This document shows, piece by piece, positions 12,793 to 27,210 of a stretch of DNA of 64,000 nucleotides. Source of the stretch: Azolla caroliniana. Taxonomy: Eukaryota; Plantae; Polypodiophyta. Location: the NCBI GenBank assembly GCA_043228905.1, contig JBHGNT010000015.1, positions 3,038,001-3,102,000 on the forward strand, in the 5' to 3' direction. The first letter of the stretch is position 1, and the number at the start of each line of letters is the position of its first letter. The translations under genes were made by a program, and so were the position numbers. Below the pieces are notes generated by a model, which saw only the letters and a program-made list of their open reading frames with translations, was not told the DNA's origin and made no database searches.

Positions 12793-13070
12793 GAGGCTTC
12801 TCAAGACCAAAAGAACTCTTCTTGCCTATGAAATGACAATAGCAAATACACAAATTAACATGGAAAAAAAGAACATGAGATGGAATGTTACCAATGCATG
12901 TGTGCATGCATTCATACATGCATACAAATAGACACATACAAACACAACCATGCATATGCAAATACACATGCACACATATGAATATGGTAAAAAATTGATA
13001 TGGTACTAAACCAATAACCCTCGAAAAGTGGTTTGGATCCTAATGGCCATAAATTCTCGCCTTCTTGTAG
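12793..13070 (-). pseudogene. IQD: Captured IQ67-domain (IQD) fragment with its intron (12826-13011)
   Basis: RRREFMAIRIQTTFRGLL|gt...ag|ARRVLLVLRSL versus IQD consensus AAIKIQTAFRGYL|ARRALRALKGL; phase-0 GT-AG intron at the position known to be conserved in IQD genes. Confidence 0.8.
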
Positions 13071-13377
13071 CTCATCCTACACATCCTTGCTTGCTAAGAG
13101 TGCCACTTCTAAGAGGTCGATCACGTTCATGGCTCCTTCTCTCTTGCTCTCTTTGCTTTCTTTTCCTCTCTCTCTCTCTCAAACCAAAGCAACTCACTAT
13201 TGATAACTCCAAAATGTAAACATACATACATCCATGTCATGAAAAAAAAACCCTTATAAATAAATTCCCAATAGCCACTTTTTCTAAGCAACTAGACTCA
13301 ATAAAGTGGAAAAAGGCTGAATACAAAATGCAAACAAAAAGACATTATTTCTACTCTAATAGTTGAATTAATTATTT

Positions 13378-13638
13378 ATAATCAGACAACGAGAATCCCA
13401 TATCATCATCTCTTTCTTCTTGTTTCTCTTTTACTTCTTCCTTCTCTTCTACAATAGGAGCACCACCACTACCCCCTCCCTCACCCCCAACCGATGTTAT
13501 TGCTCCACTAAACACAAAGCCACCCCTCCTCCACCGCCAATGATTACTTGGAAGACCAATCCAAAAGCGTCAGAAAAGAGAGACAGAGACAGAGACAGAG
13601 ACAGAGACAGAGACAGAGACAGAGACAGAGACAGAGAC

Positions 13639-13685
<47 letters not shown>

Positions 13686-13817
13686 CATAAGCAAGTGCTA
13701 AACATTGAAGGAAGAATCAGCGGATCCCTCAAGGCAAACTCCATCCTCAGAAGCAAGGTGTTGCTTAGCACTCCAAGAGCCGCCGCCGCTTCTGTCGATG
13801 AAGGTGAAGACGGCCAT
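13378..13817 (-). pseudogene. RPP3: Near-complete 60S acidic ribosomal protein P3 pseudogene with internal microsatellite expansion
   Basis: MAVFTFIDRSGGGSWSAKQH...LEGSADSSFNV*..., VFQVIIGGGGG, ...EEKEEVKEKQEERDDDMGFSLSD; matches the plant-specific P3 N-terminus and the P-protein DMGFSLFD tail. Confidence 0.9.
13576..13683. repeat. Compound (AGAGAC)n(AG)n microsatellite
   Basis: Direct reading. Confidence 0.95.
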
Positions 13818-13892
13818 AGATACAAGTAAACCTTGTCTCTCTCTATCTCGTTCCTCTGTGAGAAAAAGGAAGAGAAGAAGTTAATAAAGATG

Positions 13893-13894
<2 letters not shown>

Positions 13895-13926
<32 letters not shown>

Positions 13927-16900
13927 GTAAATAATGGCTTTCATTACGAAAGAAAAAACACCACCATGACTAACTTACAACAAACTATCTAAGAACCCCT
14001 TCTATCTAGGGATCTAAAGAAAACTATGACACCAAACTCAATGCCACCCTACACACCAATTCATATGGCAATTATGATGATATGTGACCTTGCAGAGTTC
14101 TCTCTTCTTGGTTGAGATTTTGTGACTTCTCTAGCACTGTCAATTGCCACAAAAGAAGTCCTTTTAACTTAAGAACATATTTTCTCACCCCAACTTGTGA
14201 ATAAAAAATGAAGACATTCTGCATATTCCAATTGAACCATAGCCCCCAATACCTCAAGAACTCAAAAATAATTTGAAAATGAGGCATCGGTTCATTGTTC
14301 TCCATATGTGCAAAAACCCAACTGAAGGAAGATAGAATTACTCCTGTTAGAGACATCCACACTAAACTGATACACCTCCAAACCATCCTTGCCATCGGGC
14401 ATGAAATAAATCGATGCCTACTATGTTCCAATTCCACCGAACAAAAGAAACACAATCCTTTAGTAATGTTTCTTCTTTTTAATGCATCTCCTAATGGTAA
14501 AGCTCCAACCATAACTCTCCAAATAAATACCTTGGCTCGTAGCATCAATCGAGAACACCAACCTGCCTTGATCACATGAAACCACCAAGTAATGGGCTTA
14601 TGAAAACCCCATATCTTTATAACCCTTTCTTCCAACCATTTATGTTTGTCAATCAACTTGTGATAAGCAACATTCGTTGAGATCATAGTCAATCTCTTAT
14701 TTCCAACAAACCTCCAATCAAGCTCTTGAGATCGCCCATCTAAATCAGGAATTGGCTCATGCGAAGATAGTATTTGTTGCAACTTATCCCAAATAAAGTT
14801 ATAACCTTTTGGGATACGAAATGTTGATCTTATTGTTCGAAAAGCCATTAATCTTCTTTGTGAAACCAACATAGCATCCTTAACTCTTACCAAACCCAAT
14901 CTAGCCATCCGATTAAATTGAAGGTTAAGAATTTGTTTACCTTCCCACCTCAACAACCTTGATGTTGCCAAAACCTCCATTTGTAATGAATTGGCACATC
15001 CCCTTTCTTGTGGGGGATGCCATTCCACAAAATCCAACATACTTTGCCAAGATGTCAACAAATGATTAACTATCATAGACCCTGTACATTTGACATCCCT
15101 GTCAGAATTAATTACATTCCACCAATTCGCTTCAATCTTCATGTTTCCAAGCTTTATTCCGTTCTTCTCTATAAAGTATGTCACCATTTCTGTCCAAGGT
15201 TGTACACCTTCAAACATGAATCGAATGAAAGTAAATCGACGAGCCACCATATGCTCATATAGATTCAATATTGATGCCCCACCAAGACGCTTCGGAGTAC
15301 AAACATGATCCCATGCCAACCATGACAAGGCACTTTTCCCTTTTCTTTTCCATAACAACATTCGCATCGAGCATGACAACATTTCAAGAGCTTTCTTTGA
15401 CCATGGGAGCAAAGGAAGATAATAAGATACCATAGAGACCATAATCGATTGGACCACCTTAAGTCGTACATGAAAAGGCCAAATTTGAGACCTCCAATAC
15501 ATAAACTTATCCTCCAACCTTTTGGATACCCACTCAATAAGTTTCACATGAGAAACTTCCACCCCAATTGGATATCCAAGATGACGACAAATCATACCAC
15601 GATGTACTATCCTTCCTGATCACCCCAACCCTAACACATCTTGTTCTGTACATGAAATGAGGACAGATTTATGTATATTAATTCTCAACCCCGAAGCATT
15701 TGAAAACAATTCCCACACATCTCTTGTCTTACTAATATTTTCCCGATTAGGTGCCAAAAACATAATATGGTCATCTGCGAGAGCTTGAACAATACATGGT
15801 TTCCCTGATGGCAACCTTAGTCCAAGCAATTCTTCCCCCATGCCATATTGTGTAACTTAACAAGAATAGGATGTGTCACAATAGTGAATAGTAAAGGACT
15901 TACCGGGCATCCTTGTCTAACTGACCTCTGAATAGAAATCGGTTGGGTTACTCCTCCATTAAACATCACATGTGAAACCGAACCCTCCCCTAATGTGTAT
16001 ATCAACTTAGACATACGATCACCAAAACCCATATGAGACATCAATTGATTTATAAATGACCAATCCACATTATCATAGGCTTTCTCGATATCCAATTGTA
16101 GCAACACTAATTCTTGCTTAGACTCCTTTGCATAGTCAATTGCCATTTGAACATTTAAAATATTATGTAAAATGTCTCTTTTTGCTAAAAACCCATATTG
16201 AGCATTATGAATAATAGAAGGTAAAACCTTATGCAACCTATTGGCCATCACTTTTGCAAAAATCTTGTACATTCCCCCCATCAATGAAATAGGCCTCCAT
16301 TGAGCAAAGGAAGATGGAGAAGGCACCTTCAGCAAAAGCTTGATCAAACCAATCTTCCAAGAATGAGGCATTTCCCCTGATGTCCACACCTTCTGAAATA
16401 AAATCGTAAAAGGCCCCTTTAACTTAATCACATATTTCTTAAAGAGTTCATGTGTTAATCCATCCCACCCAGGACTCTTATCATTAGCAAGATGTGACAT
16501 GACATGTTCCACCTCATCCTCTGAAATATTAGCATCTAATGATTGTGCCACATCATGCGATACATGATTTTTCACTCCATTAAAAAATACATCTCTATCC
16601 TTTTTAACATTATCATCGATACACACTTGTACATCCAACAATTGTGTATAATATTCTATGCATTTCTTCACAATTTCTTGAGGATCGGAACACATGATAC
16701 CATTTTCCTCTAACCTTACCACATTATGTCGTGCATGTGATTCATGAAGGTTGACATGGAAAAACTTATGTGATTGACAATTAGCATCATCCACTTCTTG
16801 TCTTAGACGATGTAGTCTAGCATGTTGATAATTTTTTGCCGTTAGGTCATGCATCGCAGAAATTAATACCTCTTGATATCCCATCAACTCTACATCCGTT

Positions 16901-18358
16901 GGCCAATAAGTTAACAATGAGTTGCATTTATCAAGCAAATTAACTAGGAGACTTAATTTCTTTCTCCTTTTAAAAGGATGGTGAATTCCATAATATCTAG
17001 TTAACCTCTGAACATTTGCAACAAATACTTCCCACGCTTCATACCCATCAAATTGAACACAATAGGCAAATGCATCAATCAATTGACACAAATAGGCATG
17101 GAAGACCTCATGATCCAAAAATGATGAATTAATAATCAACGGTGGTTTTCCTAAAAACTCATGAAAACCTCTAATTGAGTGGTGATTGAACTCAAAAATT
17201 AATGGGAAATGATCTGATATAATTGACCCATAAGACACTGAAATATCCAAAATCTCTGGTAAAAAACCTTCGGTATGCATTACATACATTCGATCCAACC
17301 TACTCCAAGTATCCTTATATTGAGCCGATTGAAAGGTATAACCAGGTTCATCTCCCTTGATCCATTTCCATACATCCCTTAACATGACTTCAGTCTCAAA
17401 ATCTCCCCATTCTTGAGCCTCTGGTCCATCCATAATAGAGTGGATAGATGTTGATTGATCTGTCTCACAACAAACATTAAAATCTCCCATCAATAAACCC
17501 GGTCTACCATTATGAAGCACTGAGTTTAGAGATCTCCATAACAACTTTCGTTCTTGTGAAACATTTGATGCATACACACCAACTAACCAAATAGCTGGCC
17601 CTTCATAACATATCTCTACCACAATAAATCTTCCAAATTCATCTGAAACAATTACTTTTGGGTGAAATTTATCTCTTATAAACATGACAATCCCAGAATA
17701 ATCCCCATGAACCTTGCCAGGATAACATAATGTATAACCCTTAGAATAACTAATTAAACCAGCATTCCGATGATCTTTATGCTCTACTGCACATAAAACA
17801 TCCCATTGCTCACTTAACACAATCCTCCAAACCTCATGCATTCTAAATCTAGAACACAATCCCCTCACATTCCATGTGGTGATCTTCATACTTTATTTTT
17901 TCCTTTTATTCAAGAAATCTCCTTCTCCTTCACTGCTAATGTTTCTGCCATATCCTGAAATAAATCCCCTAAGATTGCATATGAATTACTATGGGAATGC
18001 AAAACTCCAGACCCCGATGGCTCCTCATGTGAATGAGGCACCTATTTCTGTTTATTCCAAGGAACATACAAATTACCTTTATTATCAAAAGATAATTTCT
18101 TTGGATAGTGCTCTTGACGAGCCCATGGTTTATTCCGCATGGGATGTGTCAGTGTGACCTTCTCCATAGATACATTATGCCCAACATTTTTATTAGACTT
18201 CTTCATCTTTCCAGAAACTATTGACCATTGTCCTTCATCCTCTAGAGTCTTTCCATCCTTCTCCCACCCTCTTTCTTCTTTTTCCCCCCACTTCTTACTA
18301 ACAACACATATCTATCTAATCTCCCCCCTCCTTTCTTCCCCCATTTTTTCAAACAATT
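13895..18358 (-). mobile_element. 5'-truncated L1/Tx1-like LINE (ORF1 tail plus ORF2) ending in (GA)n
   Basis: APE endonuclease (KITTWNVRGL, MGDFN, SRLDR, SDHFP), RT (WRPISL, LDIEKAYD, RQGCPVSP, LADD), C-terminal CFFC...HRFISC; ORF2 17889 to 14072 with a frameshift near 15830 and a stop near 15620; 5' boundary approximate. Confidence 0.92.
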
Positions 18359-18373
18359 AGTGTTTTAAAAATA

Positions 18374-20575
<2,202 letters not shown>

Positions 20576-20577
20576 AT

Positions 20578-21420
20578 GGCTTATTATAATATGTATGTGT
20601 ATGTACATATCTACATATGGTAATATATATTTCTATACATATTCATGTTTAGTCAGTATGCATGTATAAATGGGTGTAATGTATGTATATACATATTTAT
20701 GGATGTAATGTTTAAACGTAGGTACATATATGCATGTATGCATGTATATGTATGTATGTATGCCACTCCAAATTTGACTATTGTTTGCACAATATATTAT
20801 TTATTATCTCATTGAAATATCTAATATTTTATGGGCTTATTATAATATGTATGTAGCATGTATGCATTTACATATTTGTATTTATGTATGTGTATGTACA
20901 TATCTACATATGATACTATACATTTGTATATATATTCTTGTTTAGTCAATATGCATGTATAAATGGGTGTAATGTATGTATATACATATTTATGGATGTA
21001 ATGTTTAAATGTAGGTACATATATGCATGTATGCATGTATATGTATGTATGCCACTCCAAATTTGACTATTGTTTGCACAATATATTATTTATTATCTCA
21101 TTGAAATATCTAATATTTTATGGGCTTATTATAATATGTATGTAGCATGTATGCATTTACATATTTGTATTTATGTATGTGTACGTACATATCTACATAT
21201 GATAATATATATTTGTATATATATTCTTGTTTAGTCAATATGCATGTATAAATGGGTGTAATGTATGTATATACATATTTATGGATGTAATGTTTAAATG
21301 TAGGTACATCTATGCATGTATGCATGTATATGTATGTATGTATGTATGCCACTCCAAATTTGACTATTGTTTGCACAATATTTTATTTATTATCTCATTG
21401 AAATATCTAATATTTCATGG
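20578..21420. repeat. Three tandem copies of a ~290-bp unit (first copy partly deleted)
   Basis: GGCTTATTATAATATGTATGT...TGCCACTCCAAATTTGACTATTG...CTCATTGAAATATCTAATATTT repeated three times. Confidence 0.88.
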
Positions 21421-21592
21421 GCTTATTTAATTTTTTTCTATAACATAATTGATAATACCCTTATGTAAATATATTTTTTATGCATTTGTTAATACCCTTA
21501 TATATATACATTCTGTATCTCAATGGTTAATTTAAACCCCTTTTGATGAACTCACGTGCTATCATACAAGTTTTCAAAGTGAAGCCCCCGGG

Positions 21593-22770
21593 TATACTGG
21601 TCATCAGCGACATGGAGCTCCAAGGAGAGGTCATGATGGACATCGTGTAAAGTGCGGACACGCGTCTTTGTCGAAGGATTGACCGAAGTTGCAGGTATGG
21701 AAATGCTGAAACGAGGGTGAAATCCATAGTTTGCAAAGAAGGGGAAAACCTTAGTCGAAGCATGGATACTATTATTGTAGGCAAATTTTGCCATTGCAAG
21801 GAAGTCCACCCAATCCTCTTGTTGGTAGCTCATGGTACACCGGAGGTATTGTTTGAGGATTTGGTGGACTCGTTCGGTTTGTCCATCAATTTGAGGATGG
21901 TATGCTTATGACAAGTTTACAAAAGTCTCGAATGTCTACAGAAGTCATCGCCAAAAGTGAGAAATGAATTGAGAACCTCGATCAGAGGTGATATCCTCGG
22001 GTAAGTCGTGTAATCAGACAACATTTTTAAGAAAAAGGTCAAATGTCTCTTCTCCGGAAATGGTTTTGGAACATTGGACAAAGTGAGCCATCTTCGAAAA
22101 CCGATGGACAATTACTAGCATCATGTCATAGCCACCGACCAGAGGGAGGTCAATTATAAATTCAATGGATAGAGAGCCCCATGGTCGAGTTGGAATTGGG
22201 AGTGGGTGGAGAAGACCGTATGGCCGATGGTGAGTCATTTTTGACTGAGCACATACATCACATGTCTTGATAAATTCCTTCACAAATTTCCAAGGTTGGG
22301 GCCACCGAAACCCCCAAGATAACAACTCCAAGGTTTTCGTGACCCCAAAGTGGTCGGCAAGAGGATCATCATGACAGTTTTGTAGTACTCGTGTATGACA
22401 CGATCTTCGGGAACATACAGGAGATGATTACGATATAGTAACCCATCTCGGGTTGTAAATTGGTTGAGATATGAACTTTTCATGTCCGGGGATGGGTCAT
22501 TGATGTGGGCCATGATGTCTTTGGCAAATGGGTCTGACACAGTTGTCATGGCGATCTCGTTGAGCAAAGAATCATCATGCAACATGTAGTTGGCGAACAT
22601 CTGAAGTTGATCGGGCCTCCACAAACAATGGGATTGTTGGAAATATGCGGCATCACCTGGGCGCAATGCGAAATCGAGTCACTAAGAGAGGGCATCAGCT
22701 TTCCCATGTTGAACTCCGGGTCGAAACAAGATCTTGAAGTCGTAGTCGGCGAGAAAAGATGACCATTGGA
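21593..22770 (-). pseudogene. Tcn1-type chromovirus RNase H end and integrase core
   Basis: HFGVTKTLEL, CDVC, PYGLLHPLPIPTRPWGSLSIEFIIDLP, FSKMAHF, DWVDFLAMAKFAYNNS. Confidence 0.9.
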
Positions 22771-22941
22771 ACAACACTAGTTACGGAAGCATAATTCAGT
22801 TCTCGCCTTCTTGTCTACTTCCTCTCTCTCTCTTTGTATGCTCTCTTGCCTATCCTCTCTCTATCTCTCTCTCTCTATCTCTCTCTTAGTATTTAGCCTC
22901 ATCATCCATGACAGTTTGTTCACCTTCCTCTTCTTGTTACC

Positions 22942-25737
22942 ATGTCTGACTCGGTCAACAACTTAAACCAAGTAATGGCAGTCTTGGAACAACTTCAACT
23001 AGAAAATGAAAGCCTTTATCAATCATTACGAGAGCTTCAAAATGGCACATCCAACAACCCCCCACTCGTCGAGCCTCACCCTTTGTCAACACCTAGGCCA
23101 ACCCCTTCGCCTTCTGATTAATATGTCCTCGAACCTAGCATCAGCTTGCCTGACAAATTCAATGGCTCGAGGGCGCATCTTTGTGGCTTCATCAATCAAA
23201 TTCAGCTTATCATTTTCTTACAACCCCAATGTTATGCTAGCAATTCCTCTTGCGTCAGCCTCAATGGCACCTTTCTCTCTAAGCCGGCACCAGTGTGGTT
23301 TGCACCATTGATCGAAACCTCATCCCCACTCTTACACAACTTTCCTGCCTTCCTTGCAGAGCTAGAAGCCACATTTGGAGAGACAGATCGGCAATGAACG
23401 GTACTCACGAAGCTCTATTCCTTACAACAAGGCTCTTGTCCAACTTTGGTCTATGCTTCAGAGTTTCGTCAGATCACATGCGATGTCAGCTAGGATGACC
23501 AAGCCTTATGCGACCAGTTTCGTCGAGGCCTCCGAAACGATGTCAAGACTCTTCTCTTAAACTTTCTGGGGCCCACATTGTCGTGTCAGGTAATCTCCCA
23601 AGCCGTTCAATGTGATAATCGTCTTTTTGAGCTTCGACAGGAGGAACAGGGAACTCAAGGCTTCCCGTCTTCCTCCCACAATGCTCCACTCACAAGGCCA
23701 TATATATCAGTTTCTCCAAGCACGCCATGGTTGTCATCCTCCAATGATACTCATACCTCGATGGAGATCGACCATGCTCAGTTACAACCATTAACCGATG
23801 CCCAACGACAACATCAACGTGACAATGGCCTTTGCCTCTATTGTGGTACCTTCAGCCATGTCTTCCGCCACTACCTAGCGTCGCAGTTTTCCGCGTGGAT
23901 GCGTGGAAATAGGATGGGACCACCGGTATCTCGGACCAAGGAGTCAAAATAGGGGAGAAGGGAGGACCGTGTCACAGTCCGGATAGCTATGCCAGTCCGG
24001 TCCCCGGTCGCGTATCAGACACGGAACGGTATCCGGATCAGAGCGGAGCAGCTCGCCGGCCTGAGGGAGTGTATCTTTCCCCGGTCAGGATGCCGAGGAG
24101 CAGCAGCATGCGCACAGGCTCGCGGACTCGTATGTGCACGCAACAGATTCAAGATGGGAATAAGACACAAGCTCAGATCACGACCAACACACGACAAGTA
24201 GGAGCTACGTAGAAACCCCAACAAAGGGGACTCAGCAAGCTAATGATTAACAAAGAATCCAAGAGTACAACCAGGCACAACCGACAACAACGCTTAGCGC
24301 TCTCAGGACAGACGCACATAGACACACACATAGGGAGACAGGACAAAGAATCTCTGGTCGGGAGCACACGGGCTGCCAACGCGAGCAGAGGCTTCCTCTC
24401 CTTGTTTGAAACAGTGTAGAGCACAAGACGGGAAGAGAGAGAGAGAGGTAGAGAACTCGACGCTCAATCTGACAGCACTTCCTCCTCCTAATTCCTGAAT
24501 CCCTTTCTCGGTCTTCTCTCCCTCTTTTTATAGCTCAAGGAGAGAGAGAGTTGTTACATCAAATAGTTAAGTTAGCCGCTTCCAACAGAGATTTTCCTCG
24601 ATTCCCTAATGTCAAACTCCCACATTCGACTCTATTCATGCGGGTATTTAAAGTGCCCATTAACCCTACTACCTAGTGATTACTAGTCCAATGTAAACAC
24701 ATAAAGGTTAAACTTTGTACATCCGTGTAAAAACCATTCAGGCGCGTCTCGCTCCGTTTCCCTTTGTGGTCGGAATCCTTCACGACACTGGTGTGCGTCC
24801 CTCGTCATCAATCCCACCATGCACGTCTTGCGGAGGTTTCTCGACAACAGGAAAACGACCAAGTCCAGCTTTAGTAGGAGCCATGTAGATGGACACTTTC
24901 CGTTACCCTACTTCTTTGTGCTCCAACAATTCAGCCACGCCAGCAGGAGGTTTTACTTTGCTAGTAAGTCTTTGTTTTGGTTCTACTTCAATACAATCCC
25001 ATGCCTTGCTCGATTCTAGTGCATCTACTTGTTTCATCGATATTGCGTTCGTCCGAGCACATAAAATCCTCACCGTCCACACAACACAACCCATATTTGT
25101 TGACGCTATCGATGGACGGTTTCTCTCTTCGGGGGCGGTTACCGAAGCCACTGTCTCATTGGTACTCCAAGTTGGGTTCCACCAAGAGGTATTAACATTC
25201 TACCTCATTGCAACCCCTCGACATCCGATTGTTTTAGGGCTCTCTTAGTTGGAAACACATAATCCGACGGTGGATTGGTGCAGTCGCCCCATCACTCTTC
25301 GCACATATCTTGATGAAAACTCCGCCAAGGGTTTCATTCAACCCTCCAAATCACCGGCTGGGGCCCCAATCTTATTTTTCAAGAAGAAAGACATCTCATT
25401 ACGACTATGTGTGGATTATCGGGGTCTCAACAAAATTATGGTACGCAATCGTTATCCATTGCCTTTAATTCCAACACTCCTCGACCGACTTCGAATCGGG
25501 CGTATCTTCTCCAAAATTGACCTTTGGGGAGCCTATAATTTGGTGCGTATCAAGCCTAGAGACAAGTGGAAAATGACCTTCCGGACAAGCTATGGACATT
25601 TCGAGTACCAGGTGATGCCTTTCAGTCTCACCAATGCCCCCGCACCACAGTCTTCCAGCATATGATGAACAATATATTTCGGGAGTATCTCGATCTCTTC
25701 GTGGTGATCTACCTTGACGACATCGTAGTTTTTTCAT
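22942..25737 (+). pseudogene. Tcn1-type chromovirus gag-protease-RT (degenerate, opposite strand to the integrase)
   Basis: PDKFNGSRAHLCGFINQ...WFAPLIETSSPLL, GLCLYCG, possible slippery site GGAAAAC 24850-24856, [17 protein letters not shown]...[19 protein letters not shown]. Confidence 0.88.
23879..24787. mobile_element. Probable solo LTR inserted in the gag zinc knuckle
   Basis: Interrupts gag after HVFRHYL; ends CGTCGC...CACGACA; imperfect 4-bp flanks CTAG/CTGG. Confidence 0.6.
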
Positions 25738-26315
25738 CGTGTCCATGACAGTTGCTACCCTTTGTCTCAGAGTTTAAGAAGCAAGTCATGGAGTTCATTC
25801 CATATAACTTTAGGGGTTATCAACAAAACTCATAGTTCACGAAATGTATAAATAACTTACCACGAGATGTGGTATCAACTATTGATTTGTTGAGAACTAC
25901 ACATTTAAAGTTCAAAATCATGTTTAGTCAATTGATTGGTACAATGACCAATGTACAATACTTCTACATATTTGCTATTGGAGACAAGACGGTGAGTTAC
26001 ATAAGAAATCATTATTCTACATTTGAAATGATAAAAAGTATGATATGGTATTTGTTCCACATTGCTTTAAGCTTCACCATGCAGATTTATTGTCCCTAGG
26101 TATTACCTTTAATGGACATTGGGTCTAGTCTGATGTTGTTGCATCGTAGTTTAAGGTGGCACAATCTTTCTTCTTCATTGCAAGGTAAATTTATCACTAT
26201 ATGTTTAGTACTTATAAAGCACGTCTAGTAAGGTAATACTTCATAATTGTTTACTTATTACTTTAATCTCCTATCAGTACTAATCTTCAATGAAAACTTA
26301 GAACTATTTACTTCC

Positions 26316-26423
26316 TTCAAGCAACTGCAAAATGAGGGCCTTTCCCCAAACATTATCACCTTCATTGGCATCTTGAAGGCTTGTGGTAGCTAAAGAGATA
26401 TAGAAAAAGGTAACAAGATATGC
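26316..26423 (+). pseudogene. Isolated PLS-class PPR fragment
   Basis: FKQLQNEGLSPNIITFIGILKACGS*RDIEKGNKI. Confidence 0.75.
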
Positions 26424-26559
26424 AATGTTCATTGTAATAGTGAACTATTTTGTATATGGCCTCTGGCCACTTTAATTTTAATACCAATGGAGGATATTTT
26501 TTATGGAAAAAGAAAAAATTATTTGTATTCAAACTTTTTTGCATCAATACATTTAATTT

Positions 26560-27210
26560 AGTCTCTTACTTTTAGTGTTCGGAGTTAACAACTTAGTACT
26601 ATACTCCCATTAACGTCTATACTAATTGTGTATTCACATGTTTTTTGTATTCTTAAATAACCACTTAGTATTGTCTAGTGTCCTCCCATGTGCATTAACG
26701 CTAACTGTGTATTCAAAAGATGTTTAGTAATCTTTTCCACAACTTAGCATTGTCTTGCTTGAAAGCATCAACACTAATTTTGTCATTTCAACTATGTTTT
26801 AGTATTCTTAAATAACAACTTAATATTGTCCTATCATGTGCATCAATGCTAATTGTCTATTTACCCATGTTAAGTACTCTTAAATAACAACTTGAACTAT
26901 TCTCCCATGTGCATCAGTACTAATTGGCTATTCACCTATAATAGCACTCTTAAATAACAACTTAGTATACAAGTTAGTACTATCCTCAAATGTGCATATG
27001 TACTATTTGGCTATTCACCTATAATAGCACTCTTAAATAACAACTTAGTATTGTCCTCCGGTGTACATCAATTCTAAGTTTCTATTTAGTCATGTTAAGT
27101 ACTCTTAAATAATTTAACTTAGTATTGTCCTCCCATGTGCATCGATCCTAATTGTCTATTAAGCTATGTTAAGTATTCTTAAATAACAACTTAGTATTGT
27201 CCTCCGGTGT
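26560..27210. repeat. Degenerate tandem array, ~65-70-bp unit, about 9-10 copies
   Basis: Recurring CTTAAATAACAACTTAGTATTGTCCTCCCATGTGCATC...CTAATTG. Confidence 0.8.

Noticed and set aside
26560-27210. CRISPR-like repeat-spacer array
   Set aside because: Whole unit is homologous with no unique spacers; no cas genes; eukaryotic context
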